DNA of 32,000 nt from Candidatus Saccharimonadota bacterium (GTDB lineage: Bacteria; Patescibacteriota; Saccharimonadia; Saccharimonadales; Saccharimonadaceae): contig CP006915.1 in NCBI GenBank assembly GCA_000503915.1, positions 570,001 to 602,000 of the forward strand. Direction: 5' to 3'. This document shows, piece by piece, positions 24,135 to 31,634 of the stretch; positions within the stretch are counted from its first letter, which is position 1, and the number at the start of each line of letters is the position of its first letter. The notes under the pieces were generated by a model, which did no database searches, was not told the DNA's origin, and worked only from the letters and a program-made list of their open reading frames with translations. Made by a program: the position numbers and the translations under genes.

Positions 24135-24221
24135 GCCGCGATGGCGGAATTGGTAGACGCGCGGGACTCAAAATCCCGTTCCAGCAATGGAGTGTGAGTT
24201 CGATTCTCACTCGCGGCACCA
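24135..24221 (+). tRNA. tRNA-Leu (anticodon CAA), class II long variable arm, CCA encoded
   Basis: The hand-folded 87-nt structure is GCCGCGA TG GCG GAATTGGTAGA CGC G CGGGA CTCAAAA TCCCG T-TCCA-GCAA-TGGA-GT GTGAG TTCGATT CTCAC TCGCGGC A CCA. Confidence 0.9.
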
Positions 24222-24240
24222 AATACAGATTTTCGCTAAG

Positions 24241-24320
24241 ACAATTCGCTACGCTCATGCTACGCCCAAAATCTGGTGAGCACTACGCTCGTGCCGGTTC
24301 AAGTCCGGCCCGCGGTACCA
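24241..24320 (+). pseudogene. decayed tRNA-Leu-like copy: intact variable arm, T arm, acceptor 3' strand and CCA; degenerate 5' half
   Basis: CAAAATC TGG T-GAGC-ACTAC-GCTC-GT GCCGG TTCAAGT CCGGC CCGCGGT A CCA is collinear with the 3' half of the upstream tRNA-Leu. No complementary 5' acceptor strand is present. The short motif CTACGC occurs three times. Confidence 0.55.
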
Positions 24321-24356
24321 TAAATAAAAGACTTCAGAAAAGAAGTCTTTTATTTA
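24321..24356. terminator. bidirectional terminator hairpin (15-bp perfect stem)
   Basis: TAAATAAAAGACTTC (24321-24335), loop AGAAAA, GAAGTCTTTTATTTA (24342-24356). Both arms are A/T-run-rich. It sits between the tRNA locus and the convergent 302-aa gene and overlaps that gene's stop codon. Confidence 0.65.
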
Positions 24357-25258
24357 TGCATGACGTAATTAAATACGCCACTCGCTATATGGTCAAGAGT
24401 TGATCTGGCGCTCAGGCTCAAACGCTTACCGCGCTGTTCGGTAATAAGCCGCCGTGTTGTTGCATATCCTCGGTCGTCGTTCGGCCACTTACTGGATTTA
24501 GGGGTATTTCCCATTAAATGAGCGTTAACGACTGGGATATGAGATGCTATATGGCTATGCGTACGGACGTTACCCTCCACCTGATAGGAGAAGATCGATT
24601 CATCACCCCGTCTCCTACGGTTGTCATAGTAGAATCCGTCAATATGGGTTGAAGTATCGGGGTTGATGTCGTCATCGTACGCCAAAGACGGCAAGGCGAA
24701 TTGCTTGGCGGTGGCGCGGCGCATTGCGAGGAGGACTGGCGTCGCCTCGCCAATATAGCCTTTAATTTCACGTAGTTGTCTTTGCTCATCCTCGGATCTC
24801 TCGCGAGAAGGCGTAGCAAGAAGCCTATCGTGGCGTTCTAACGCTTCAGCAGTGAGTTCGGCTGTTTCTGTCGCATGCTCGTCAAACCCGAGGTTATCTG
24901 CTACTCTTCTGGCCTCTCTATCGTTCAGTCCTTCCAGGTTAACAATGCCCGCCCATACGATAGGACGCATCCATATACAAAGTAAGCGAGCTCGTAGCGA
25001 AGCAAGCTCGTTAATACCATCATTTGACTCAGCTGCGTGCTGTAATCGGTATGCGGCTGAGCGAAACGTTTCTTCGGGTGGGTCTTCGCCCCGGTTTGCC
25101 GCAATCTGCAACTCTTCGACCGCAAGACTTGCTAGGTAATAGTGTGCAGTGGGGATATCGTTCCGTTTGCAGCGCTCTGCGATGGCGGCACTGTAGGCTT
25201 GGACTCTTTCTCGAGCCAGTTGTGGGTGACCTGTCTCTTGCTTCACCACTAACGTCAT
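24350..25258 (-). CDS. hypothetical protein
   Basis: 302-aa ORF with no recognisable motif. It is the last gene of a minus-strand gene string and ends inside the terminator hairpin. Confidence 0.6.
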   Translation of the reverse strand: MTLVVKQETGHPQLARERVQAYSAAIAERCKRNDIPTAHYYLASLAVEELQIAANRGEDPPEETFRSAAYRLQHAAESNDGINELASLRARLLCIWMRPIVWAGIVNLEGLNDREARRVADNLGFDEHATETAELTAEALERHDRLLATPSRERSEDEQRQLREIKGYIGEATPVLLAMRRATAKQFALPSLAYDDDINPDTSTHIDGFYYDNRRRRGDESIFSYQVEGNVRTHSHIASHIPVVNAHLMGNTPKSSKWPNDDRGYATTRRLITEQRGKRLSLSARSTLDHIASGVFNYVMHK

Positions 25259-25300
25259 GATTTCGCAATTATACCATAAGGAACTATTTTAGAAAGAGTA

Positions 25301-26095
25301 TTAAAGGTCGCTGGCGAGGGAGGCGGTGGTTGCTTCGAGCAGTTTGCCCTTGTTCCAGAGTCCATAACCTGCGGCTTTCGTAGCAACCTGGCCACGCCAG
25401 ATCGCCATCGGATTCTCCCAGCTTTGGGTGATGACTTCCCCGCCACTAGCGATGATGATTGTGTCTTTATGCAAGGTAACCAGTGTACAGGGATAAGTAG
25501 TGCTGAATTTATGCAGCGCTTCGACCAGCTGTAGTAGTTGCATATTGAAAGTCAGCATTTTGGGATAGTACACACCTTGAAAGAGTTTTTGTACTTGGGC
25601 AAAGCTGGCGACGATGAGCGTGTCGGGACGCTCGGCAATAAGTCGCGGGTCGTTTTTAATGAGATCGATCGCGTCACGCGAGATAGTGAGTGGTCCGCTG
25701 TAGTCCTTGATGAAATGTTCGTATAACACGGCTGTTTCGCTGTTGCGACCGGCGTCGCCGATCAGTAGTGTACCGTCCGACCAGGCGGCGGCGGCCATCA
25801 GGTCGTTTTTCGCGTCGCCACTGAGCCCACCCGACGTATTACAGGGCGCATAAATAACCTCAGTGATGATGGGCGGAATCGTTCGTTTGAGGCAGTCGGG
25901 CACTAAGACCTTGACGTGGCCAACACCGGTATCGAGCGCTGTCTGATAGCTTTCGGCAACAGCCACGAAACCAAGTTTGTTCCCACCGATAATGAGCAGG
26001 TTGCCAGCTTGGTCGCGCCGCTCCGGCCTTGACCATTCGATATCCGGAAACAGCGGCTTAGAAAGTGTCTGTTTGCGCCAATACGTATAATCCAT
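25301..26095 (-). CDS. YjeF_C / carbohydrate-kinase-like (NAD(P)HX dehydratase family), divergent
   Basis: LLIIGGNKLGFVAVAESYQTALDTGVGHVKVLVP resembles the YjeF C-terminal-domain N-terminal block. The usual C-terminal GDxLxG motif is not evident. The start is taken at M10 (26095). Confidence 0.45.
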   Translation of the reverse strand: MDYTYWRKQTLSKPLFPDIEWSRPERRDQAGNLLIIGGNKLGFVAVAESYQTALDTGVGHVKVLVPDCLKRTIPPIITEVIYAPCNTSGGLSGDAKNDLMAAAAWSDGTLLIGDAGRNSETAVLYEHFIKDYSGPLTISRDAIDLIKNDPRLIAERPDTLIVASFAQVQKLFQGVYYPKMLTFNMQLLQLVEALHKFSTTYPCTLVTLHKDTIIIASGGEVITQSWENPMAIWRGQVATKAAGYGLWNKGKLLEATTASLASDL

Positions 26096-26780
26096 CGCGA
26101 CCCTTCTGCATGGTGTAAGCAATGTTTTTACGCTCTATCACCACTTCCCAGTTATGTTGTTTGGCTGCCTCTAGTAGCTCTTCGGAGGGGTTAAATGCAA
26201 TGCCACGCTCGACGAGCTCGAGCATCTCTATGTCGCTCTTACTATCGCCAACCGCTATGCTTCCCTTGAGGTCAACATCATGTGCCACGAAATAATCTTT
26301 CAAAATAGCTGCTTTATTCCCGACCGTAGCTCGTGCCACTTTTCCAGTAAACGCGTGGTCTTTACGTTCGTATAGCCAGCCGATGCACTCGTCAAATCCG
26401 TATGATTTGGCAAACGGTTCGGCAATCTCTTGCATCGATCCGCTGAGCGCCAGGAGATAGTAACCTTCGGCCTTTAATGATGTGGCTAAATCTGTCGTGT
26501 AGGCATAGACTTTGTGCCCTGATTCTTCAAGAATCTGGCTGGTGAGTAGTTCAAAATCTTCCACCTTCAGTCGTGTTAAACTTTCGTCTAACGCTTTAAT
26601 CGCTGCAATCTCAAACGTATGAAAAGCCTCCTTGCGTGACTGCCAGGCATGAAAGCTGGCGCGAATGGCGTTTGCCTGGTGATCCTCAAAAAATCCCCGT
26701 TCGAGTAGCTTTAGGACGACTTCATAGTATAGCTGCCAGCGGAAGACGGTTCCATCGATGTCGAAGACGGCGAATTTCAT
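26058..26780 (-). CDS. HAD-superfamily hydrolase (HAD-IB / phosphoserine-phosphatase-like)
   Basis: 240 aa. Motif I FDIDGTV, a cap-like helical insert, and motif IV GDSKSDIEM. There is an ATGA overlap with the upstream gene. Confidence 0.8.
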   Translation of the reverse strand: MKFAVFDIDGTVFRWQLYYEVVLKLLERGFFEDHQANAIRASFHAWQSRKEAFHTFEIAAIKALDESLTRLKVEDFELLTSQILEESGHKVYAYTTDLATSLKAEGYYLLALSGSMQEIAEPFAKSYGFDECIGWLYERKDHAFTGKVARATVGNKAAILKDYFVAHDVDLKGSIAVGDSKSDIEMLELVERGIAFNPSEELLEAAKQHNWEVVIERKNIAYTMQKGRDGLYVLAQTDTF

Positions 26781-27631
26781 GCGCTAAATGAATAGTCGGC
26801 GGCGGCGAAGAGTAGCACGGCCATTAAGATGAGCAGCCCGATAAAGACCGCCAGGACGATGGGTAGCAGTAGCGTCAGCCATGATAGCCAGTGGGCAGCC
26901 GGTTTCTCTTTGGTGGCACTGTATTGACGATAGAGTACGGCGTTGGTGCCGGGGCGTAGGACTGCATCCATCGCACCAAAGGTCATCATATTCCATAGTC
27001 CGCTGGCGGCAAATGTTGTCAGCCATGCACCTTTCGTAAGTTCTAGGCTGTGCTTGACGGCCGCGTTGCCGCGCAGGTCTTTAGCGAAGAAACTGGTACC
27101 AGCCAAACTGTAACGGACTGACATGATGATACCAGGCACGATCAACAGAAGCGACCAGAGGATTACTTTGACAATAATGATAATCTGTAGCCATAAATAG
27201 CTGCCGATATGTCGGAAGACTTCTTTTAAGGCTTCACCAAGATTGGTGTCGTGTCCGGCAGCCAAGCGTGCCGACGTGTAGTCACTGACACCACTAATGA
27301 CTATCCCTATGAGAATGGCAATGGACAGTATCGTGGCCGCAATAACCCCGATAATTGCCCAGACGGCTGGTGGCAATGCACGAAATGTGCTCTCGAGGTC
27401 ACCCTTAATTGCTTCACTCTCCTGACGTGAGATTTGCCGATCAGGACGCGCATCGTTTGGTGTGATGGCATTTTGGATGGTGCTAACTCCGTTGCCAAGG
27501 AATGCCAGTGCCGATAGTACAATGGCAGCGATTGCCACCGATTGCGCTTTCTTAAAGAAGGTCGTCAAGCCCTCGAGCGCGATATAAAACGGGTTACTTT
27601 GATAGGTTTTTGACGTATGTTGTGCCACCAT
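26777..27631 (-). CDS. multi-pass membrane protein, hypothetical
   Basis: The ATG at 27631 is preceded by AAGGAGG. 284 aa with at least 5 hydrophobic segments. The longer track ORF (to 27904) overlaps the upstream kinase gene and was rejected. Confidence 0.7.
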   Translation of the reverse strand: MVAQHTSKTYQSNPFYIALEGLTTFFKKAQSVAIAAIVLSALAFLGNGVSTIQNAITPNDARPDRQISRQESEAIKGDLESTFRALPPAVWAIIGVIAATILSIAILIGIVISGVSDYTSARLAAGHDTNLGEALKEVFRHIGSYLWLQIIIIVKVILWSLLLIVPGIIMSVRYSLAGTSFFAKDLRGNAAVKHSLELTKGAWLTTFAASGLWNMMTFGAMDAVLRPGTNAVLYRQYSATKEKPAAHWLSWLTLLLPIVLAVFIGLLILMAVLLFAAADYSFSA

Positions 27632-27645
27632 TGCCTCCTTGTTAA

Positions 27646-28281
27646 CTACTTGTATAATAGCAAACTCTCGATTGTTTTGAGAAGTTTTGTTGCTTCTTGT
27701 GGTGCAGCGGTCTGACTCATTCTGTTCGTAGCGATAGCAATCACCTGTCGCGCGGTTTCGGAGAGCTGCCCTGGGCGGTTGACGAGCCAGTGATGATCGA
27801 TGGTTTGGGCAAGCGACCATTCGATCGAATCTTTTCCTTCTTGAAGACGTTTTCGTAAGTCGTCGTTCATTTCGGGAAAGCGTGCCTGGAGCCATTCCTG
27901 CCACGATTCAACCGATGCCATTAGGCTGATTGTCATCGTCCGAGCAAAGGGTAAAGCGCGATACATCTGAACAGTACTCGCTAATGTATCCTGAAGATTG
28001 AATGTGGTTTGAAAACTTTGAATGACCGTGCCGTACTTAAAGTGTGTCGTGGGGTGTTCGATCCAGGTTAGTGCTTCGCCTCGATCCTTCAGTGTTTGCG
28101 CTTCAACCTCTGATAGATGAATATAGCTACTATTTTCGCCATTTCGCTGCGGACGCGTTGTAAACGCTCGGACGTAACTAAAACGCGGATCAAGCCGGAC
28201 GACTTCGCGCATTAGCGTGGACTTGCCGATAGCAGTCGGTCCAACGATCATGACGAGAGTTTTGTTTGCTAATTCATTCAT
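27646..28281 (-). CDS. guanylate-kinase-like P-loop kinase
   Basis: P-loop GPTAIGKSTL and the TTRPQRNGE motif typical of Gmk, followed by WIEH....YGT. The start at 28281 forms an ATGA overlap with the xth stop. Confidence 0.6.
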   Translation of the reverse strand: MNELANKTLVMIVGPTAIGKSTLMREVVRLDPRFSYVRAFTTRPQRNGENSSYIHLSEVEAQTLKDRGEALTWIEHPTTHFKYGTVIQSFQTTFNLQDTLASTVQMYRALPFARTMTISLMASVESWQEWLQARFPEMNDDLRKRLQEGKDSIEWSLAQTIDHHWLVNRPGQLSETARQVIAIATNRMSQTAAPQEATKLLKTIESLLLYK

Positions 28282-29075
28282 ACGATTTCGATACTGACCG
28301 GACAATGGTCGGAGCCCATGACGTCGGGGTGAATTTGCGGGTTTTTAACACGCGCCGCAATTTCCTGACTAGCGAGCCAGTAGTCAATGCGCCAGCCGAC
28401 GTTACGTGCCCTGGCATTGGCCCAATGCGTCCACCAACTGTAGGCTTCGGTTTTGTCTGGGTACACCGCGCGGAAGGTATCGACGAAACCAGCGTCGAGA
28501 AAGTCTTGGAAACGCTCGCGCTCTTCATCAGTAAAGCCGTGCTTGCCGATATTTTGCTTGGGATTTGCGAGGTCGATTTCCTGGTGGGCAACGTTGAGGT
28601 CACCGCAAAATAGTACGGGTTTGGTCTTCTCAAGCTGTTTGACGTACGCCAGGAATGCTTTATCCCAACTGTCGTAGCGCAGCTTCAATCGGCTCAGATC
28701 GCCTTTTGAATTTGGTGTGTAGACGGTCACCATCCAAAAATCATCGAACTCGGCGGCGGTTACCCTGCCCTCGTCGTTGGGGTTGCCGTAGATGTCGCCG
28801 GTGACGTCGAATTTCTTAATAATGTCAGCTGGAAAGCCATCTTTGTAGCCAAGCGGTTTGGTCTTGGAAAAAATTGCCGTACCGGCGTAGCCTTTTTTGA
28901 CAGCACTAAAAAAGTGCTCCTCGTACTGCGGAAAATCGATCTCAAACTGATCACGCGAAGCTTTCGTCTCTTGTAGGCAGAGGAAATCTGGGTCATGTTC
29001 GGCGATGAACTTTTGCAGTGCCCCTTTATTGAGGACGGCGCGGATACCGTTAACGTTCCAGGAATAGAGCTTCAT
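28278..29075 (-). CDS. xth: exodeoxyribonuclease III (AP endonuclease, EEP fold)
   Basis: 265 aa. MKLYSWNVNGIRA, FLCLQETK, GDLNVAH, WRIDY and SDHCPV are the canonical Xth/ExoIII blocks. Confidence 0.9.
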   Translation of the reverse strand: MKLYSWNVNGIRAVLNKGALQKFIAEHDPDFLCLQETKASRDQFEIDFPQYEEHFFSAVKKGYAGTAIFSKTKPLGYKDGFPADIIKKFDVTGDIYGNPNDEGRVTAAEFDDFWMVTVYTPNSKGDLSRLKLRYDSWDKAFLAYVKQLEKTKPVLFCGDLNVAHQEIDLANPKQNIGKHGFTDEERERFQDFLDAGFVDTFRAVYPDKTEAYSWWTHWANARARNVGWRIDYWLASQEIAARVKNPQIHPDVMGSDHCPVSIEIV

Positions 29076-29100
29076 ATATATAAGTATAAACTATCAAAAA

Positions 29101-29571
29101 TTACTTCATCATACGCTTTACGTCGCGATCCTGGTCGCGGCGTTTTATCGTTTCGCGTTTGTCATAGGTCTTCTTGCCTTTTCCGAGGGCAATGACGAGT
29201 TTAATAAACCGCCCACGGGTGAGTAGCTTTGTCGGGACAATCGTCATGCCTTGCTGCCGACTGGCGGCAAAGGCATCGATCTGCTTGCGCTTAGCGAGAA
29301 GTTTGCGAGGCCTAGTATCAATACTACGATTATCGCTTCCTTTTTCATTGAGCTTCAGACTAAAGCTGGCATTATTGAGCCACAGCTCGTTGTCTTTTAA
29401 ACTGACGAACGAGCCTTTCAGCTGGACGTGGCCATCGCGCGCTGCTCGGACTTCCTGGCCGGTAAGCTCAAGACCAGCGACGATTTCATCTTCGAGCGCA
29501 TAGTCAAAGCGGGCCCGACGGTTGACGACCTGGCCACTTGGCTGCTTTTTTTTGTGCTTTTTCTGTGCCAT
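29101..29571 (-). CDS. smpB: SsrA-binding protein SmpB
   Basis: The start at 29571 gives MAQKKHKKK..VVNRRARFDYALEDEIVAGLELTGQEV..LKGSF, with a basic C-terminal tail. This is the SmpB pattern. Confidence 0.9.
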   Translation of the reverse strand: MAQKKHKKKQPSGQVVNRRARFDYALEDEIVAGLELTGQEVRAARDGHVQLKGSFVSLKDNELWLNNASFSLKLNEKGSDNRSIDTRPRKLLAKRKQIDAFAASRQQGMTIVPTKLLTRGRFIKLVIALGKGKKTYDKRETIKRRDQDRDVKRMMK

Positions 29572-29642
29572 AACAATTCTATTGTAACAGATAACAAACA
29601 TTGACTAATATTAAAAAAGTAGTATTATATAAGTGATCAACG

Positions 29643-30236
29643 ATGGACGCGAAAGGTGGTGAAAATGTGAAGTTCATTGCTGATGGGCTGACGGTGCTGC
29701 GTGTGCTGTCAGCAGCTGGAGTAGCGCTTTGTATTTGGCAGGGTGCGTGGGAGCTTGCGACGATCGTATTTCTCGTTGGCATTCTGAGTGATGCTTTCGA
29801 CGGGATCGCCGCTCGTCGCTGGCCCTACTCACCTTCCGAGAACATGCGTTACCCCTGGCGCAAGGATCCGCACGCATTTGACAATGCGGCCGATCTCAGC
29901 TTGAGTACTGCTGCCCTGTTGGGTGTGACTCTCGCACTTCTCCCCTTCTGGGGTGCGGTCGCAGTTGTAATCGCGGTCGCGGGCGTGTCACTGATATTTG
30001 TGAAGTCCGTCGAGCTGGCGGCCAAGACAGATGTCAAGCGTGCTGAGCGGATTGACGTGGCTCATGGCTTCGTCTACGGTGCGGAACTTTTCGTGATGCT
30101 GGTTGTTATGACCTGGCAGGCGTTTGAGTTCTGGCCTTGGATTGTTGCTGGCTATGTCGTCCTCGCGTGTCCTCTTCTTTGGGCAAAGCGTGATCGCATC
30201 ACGTCGCGTCCCGAGGTGGACTACGGCGGCCATTAA
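29643..30236 (+). CDS. CDP-alcohol phosphatidyltransferase family protein (divergent)
   Basis: 197 aa, multi-TM. It has SDAFDGIAARR followed by FDNAADL (DGxxAR...DxxxD with a longer-than-usual insert). A GTG at 29667 preceded by AGGTGGTGA is an alternative start. Confidence 0.6.
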   Translation: MDAKGGENVKFIADGLTVLRVLSAAGVALCIWQGAWELATIVFLVGILSDAFDGIAARRWPYSPSENMRYPWRKDPHAFDNAADLSLSTAALLGVTLALLPFWGAVAVVIAVAGVSLIFVKSVELAAKTDVKRAERIDVAHGFVYGAELFVMLVVMTWQAFEFWPWIVAGYVVLACPLLWAKRDRITSRPEVDYGGH

Positions 30237-30337
30237 AGCCGTCTACGCCGCCCCTGAGTACTCACCGCAGCAAGCGGCGAGGAAAACGGGCGGCTTTGCC
30301 TTGTTTGGTGCTACGCTATCTGTTATAGTCTAGCGAA

Positions 30338-31168
30338 GTGACACGTGAGATCAAGAAACCTATCCTCATCACGTTTGATGGTGAGGCGCGTACTGGCAAG
30401 GGCACAATTGTTCAGGCTACCAAGGATTTTTTACGTGATGAACTCGGCTACAAAGTGATGCTGATCGACCGCGGACAGACATTTCGCGTTTTAGTTGTGG
30501 CGGCGACCCGTGCCGGGGCCAATCTTGATGATCCAACGGCCATTGATGCTTTTCTTGAGGACAAGCAGAATGTCGCTGCCTGCGTACAGTTTGTCAAAGA
30601 TGTTTATCATATGGAAAAGTCGGAACGAGACAACCTGCTCTATACCAATCAAGTCGGAGAGAGTAGCGCTAAAGTGGGTGCGAGGCCAGCAAGTCAGAAA
30701 TTTGTGGCAAATCTCACCAAAAAGTGGCTCCACGATGCTGGCATCGAAGATTTCGAGGTAGTGCTCGTTGATGGACGGGCGCTCGAAAACATTGCTCAGG
30801 AAATGGAAGCCGAAGGCTTGTGTGACTACCGCGCAGGTCTTTATTTTATCTGTGAGGAATATATTGGTGCACGCCGTACCTTAGGCTACGCGGCTACAAA
30901 GTATGAAGATTTATCACCTAGTCAACGAGTGGAAGTCGAGGATCTCGTTGCACAAATCAAGGCACGCAATCAACGTGACTTTGAGCGAGACGTCGAGCCG
31001 CTTATACGACCAAATGCACCGACTATTGTTTTACCAAGCGCCATTGACCCCGAAATTATTCAGCAGCCGAGTGGTCGCTACGTAGCAATCATTGATACAA
31101 GTGCTGACATGACGAAGAGAGTAATGTGTGCGCCAGTACTCAAACTTATGCGTGCGGTCTTCTCTTAG
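30338..31168 (+). CDS. cytidylate-kinase-like protein
   Basis: 276 aa with a GTG start. ITFDGEARTGKGT (P-loop), IDRGQTFRV, VLVDGRAL, ARRTLG, RNQRDFERDVEPL and IDTSADM are collinear with Cmk blocks. The protein is longer than typical Cmk. Confidence 0.55.
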   Translation: MTREIKKPILITFDGEARTGKGTIVQATKDFLRDELGYKVMLIDRGQTFRVLVVAATRAGANLDDPTAIDAFLEDKQNVAACVQFVKDVYHMEKSERDNLLYTNQVGESSAKVGARPASQKFVANLTKKWLHDAGIEDFEVVLVDGRALENIAQEMEAEGLCDYRAGLYFICEEYIGARRTLGYAATKYEDLSPSQRVEVEDLVAQIKARNQRDFERDVEPLIRPNAPTIVLPSAIDPEIIQQPSGRYVAIIDTSADMTKRVMCAPVLKLMRAVFS

Positions 31169-31169
31169 A

Positions 31170-31198
31170 TTGACTTTTGTTTATAAAAGTATTATAAT
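31170..31198 (+). promoter_or_regulatory. near-consensus sigma70 promoter TTGACT-17 nt-TATAAT
   Basis: TTGACT at 31170-31175, a 17-nt spacer, and TATAAT at 31193-31198. It lies upstream of the AGGAGGTGA Shine-Dalgarno and the ATG at 31245. Confidence 0.55.
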
Positions 31199-31244
31199 AT
31201 AATTATGGCTTTCCCTTTGACTTTTCGAAAGGAGGTGAAAAGCT

Positions 31245-31634
31245 ATGTTCCTCGTTTTGACAGCAATACTGTTCGTCCTTATGACGATTGCTACTTACGC
31301 GGTGGCATACAGGCTCGCCAATCCTCAAGCGGAAGTTTCTTACTCCAAGCTGGTGGGAGGGCTCGCCGGTATGAGTGGACTGCCGTTTTTGAGCGGCGCT
31401 ACCTACTCTGCCTACCGGGCAGGTGGGCGAAGGATTGTCGGTCGCAGTACTCATGGTGGGAATAGTGACGATGGCCATTGCCTCCGTGAGGGGCGAATTG
31501 CAAGGCCTCGAGCAGCCGACCATCACGTAGTACCTGAAGCGAGGAACGGCCTCGGACTAGTGTCCGAGGCCTGTTTCTTCTTTAGAGCTTCTTTACAGCT
31601 TCGAGTAGGATCTCAGCGGATTGATCCCAGCTAA
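31245..31634 (+). CDS. small membrane protein; the 3' two-thirds of this ORF is doubtful (probable 1-nt frameshift near 31425)
   Basis: Strong SD AGGAGGTGA lies 6 nt upstream. The first 60 codons are membrane-like. The remainder is Arg/Gly-rich, reads through the terminator hairpin and overlaps the convergent gene. The +1 frame gives a third TM segment and a TAG at 31528-31530, just before the terminator. Confidence 0.45.
   Translation: MFLVLTAILFVLMTIATYAVAYRLANPQAEVSYSKLVGGLAGMSGLPFLSGATYSAYRAGGRRIVGRSTHGGNSDDGHCLREGRIARPRAADHHVVPEARNGLGLVSEACFFFRASLQLRVGSQRIDPS
31548..31583. terminator. rho-independent terminator (10-bp perfect GC-rich stem + T-tract), shared by convergent genes
   Basis: GGCCTCGGAC (31548-31557), loop TAGT, GTCCGAGGCC (31562-31571), then TGTTTCTTCTTT. 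Confidence 0.7.

Noticed and set aside
23996-24187. N-terminal 64 codons of the track ORF 22808..24187 (sortase)
   Set aside because: This extension runs antisense through tRNA-Leu (24135-24221) and the palindromic regulatory region. The internal ATG at 23995 gives a sensible protein.
24222-24320. tmRNA 3' end (T arm plus ACCA), given that smpB is in the window
   Set aside because: There is no complementary 5' acceptor strand, tag reading frame or pseudoknot region upstream. The architecture (class II variable arm, CAA loop remnant) matches tRNA-Leu instead.
27632-27904. N-terminal 91 codons of the track ORF 26777..27904
   Set aside because: They overlap the gmk-like gene in another frame, and the peptide is Arg-rich junk. 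AAGGAGG precedes the ATG at 27631.
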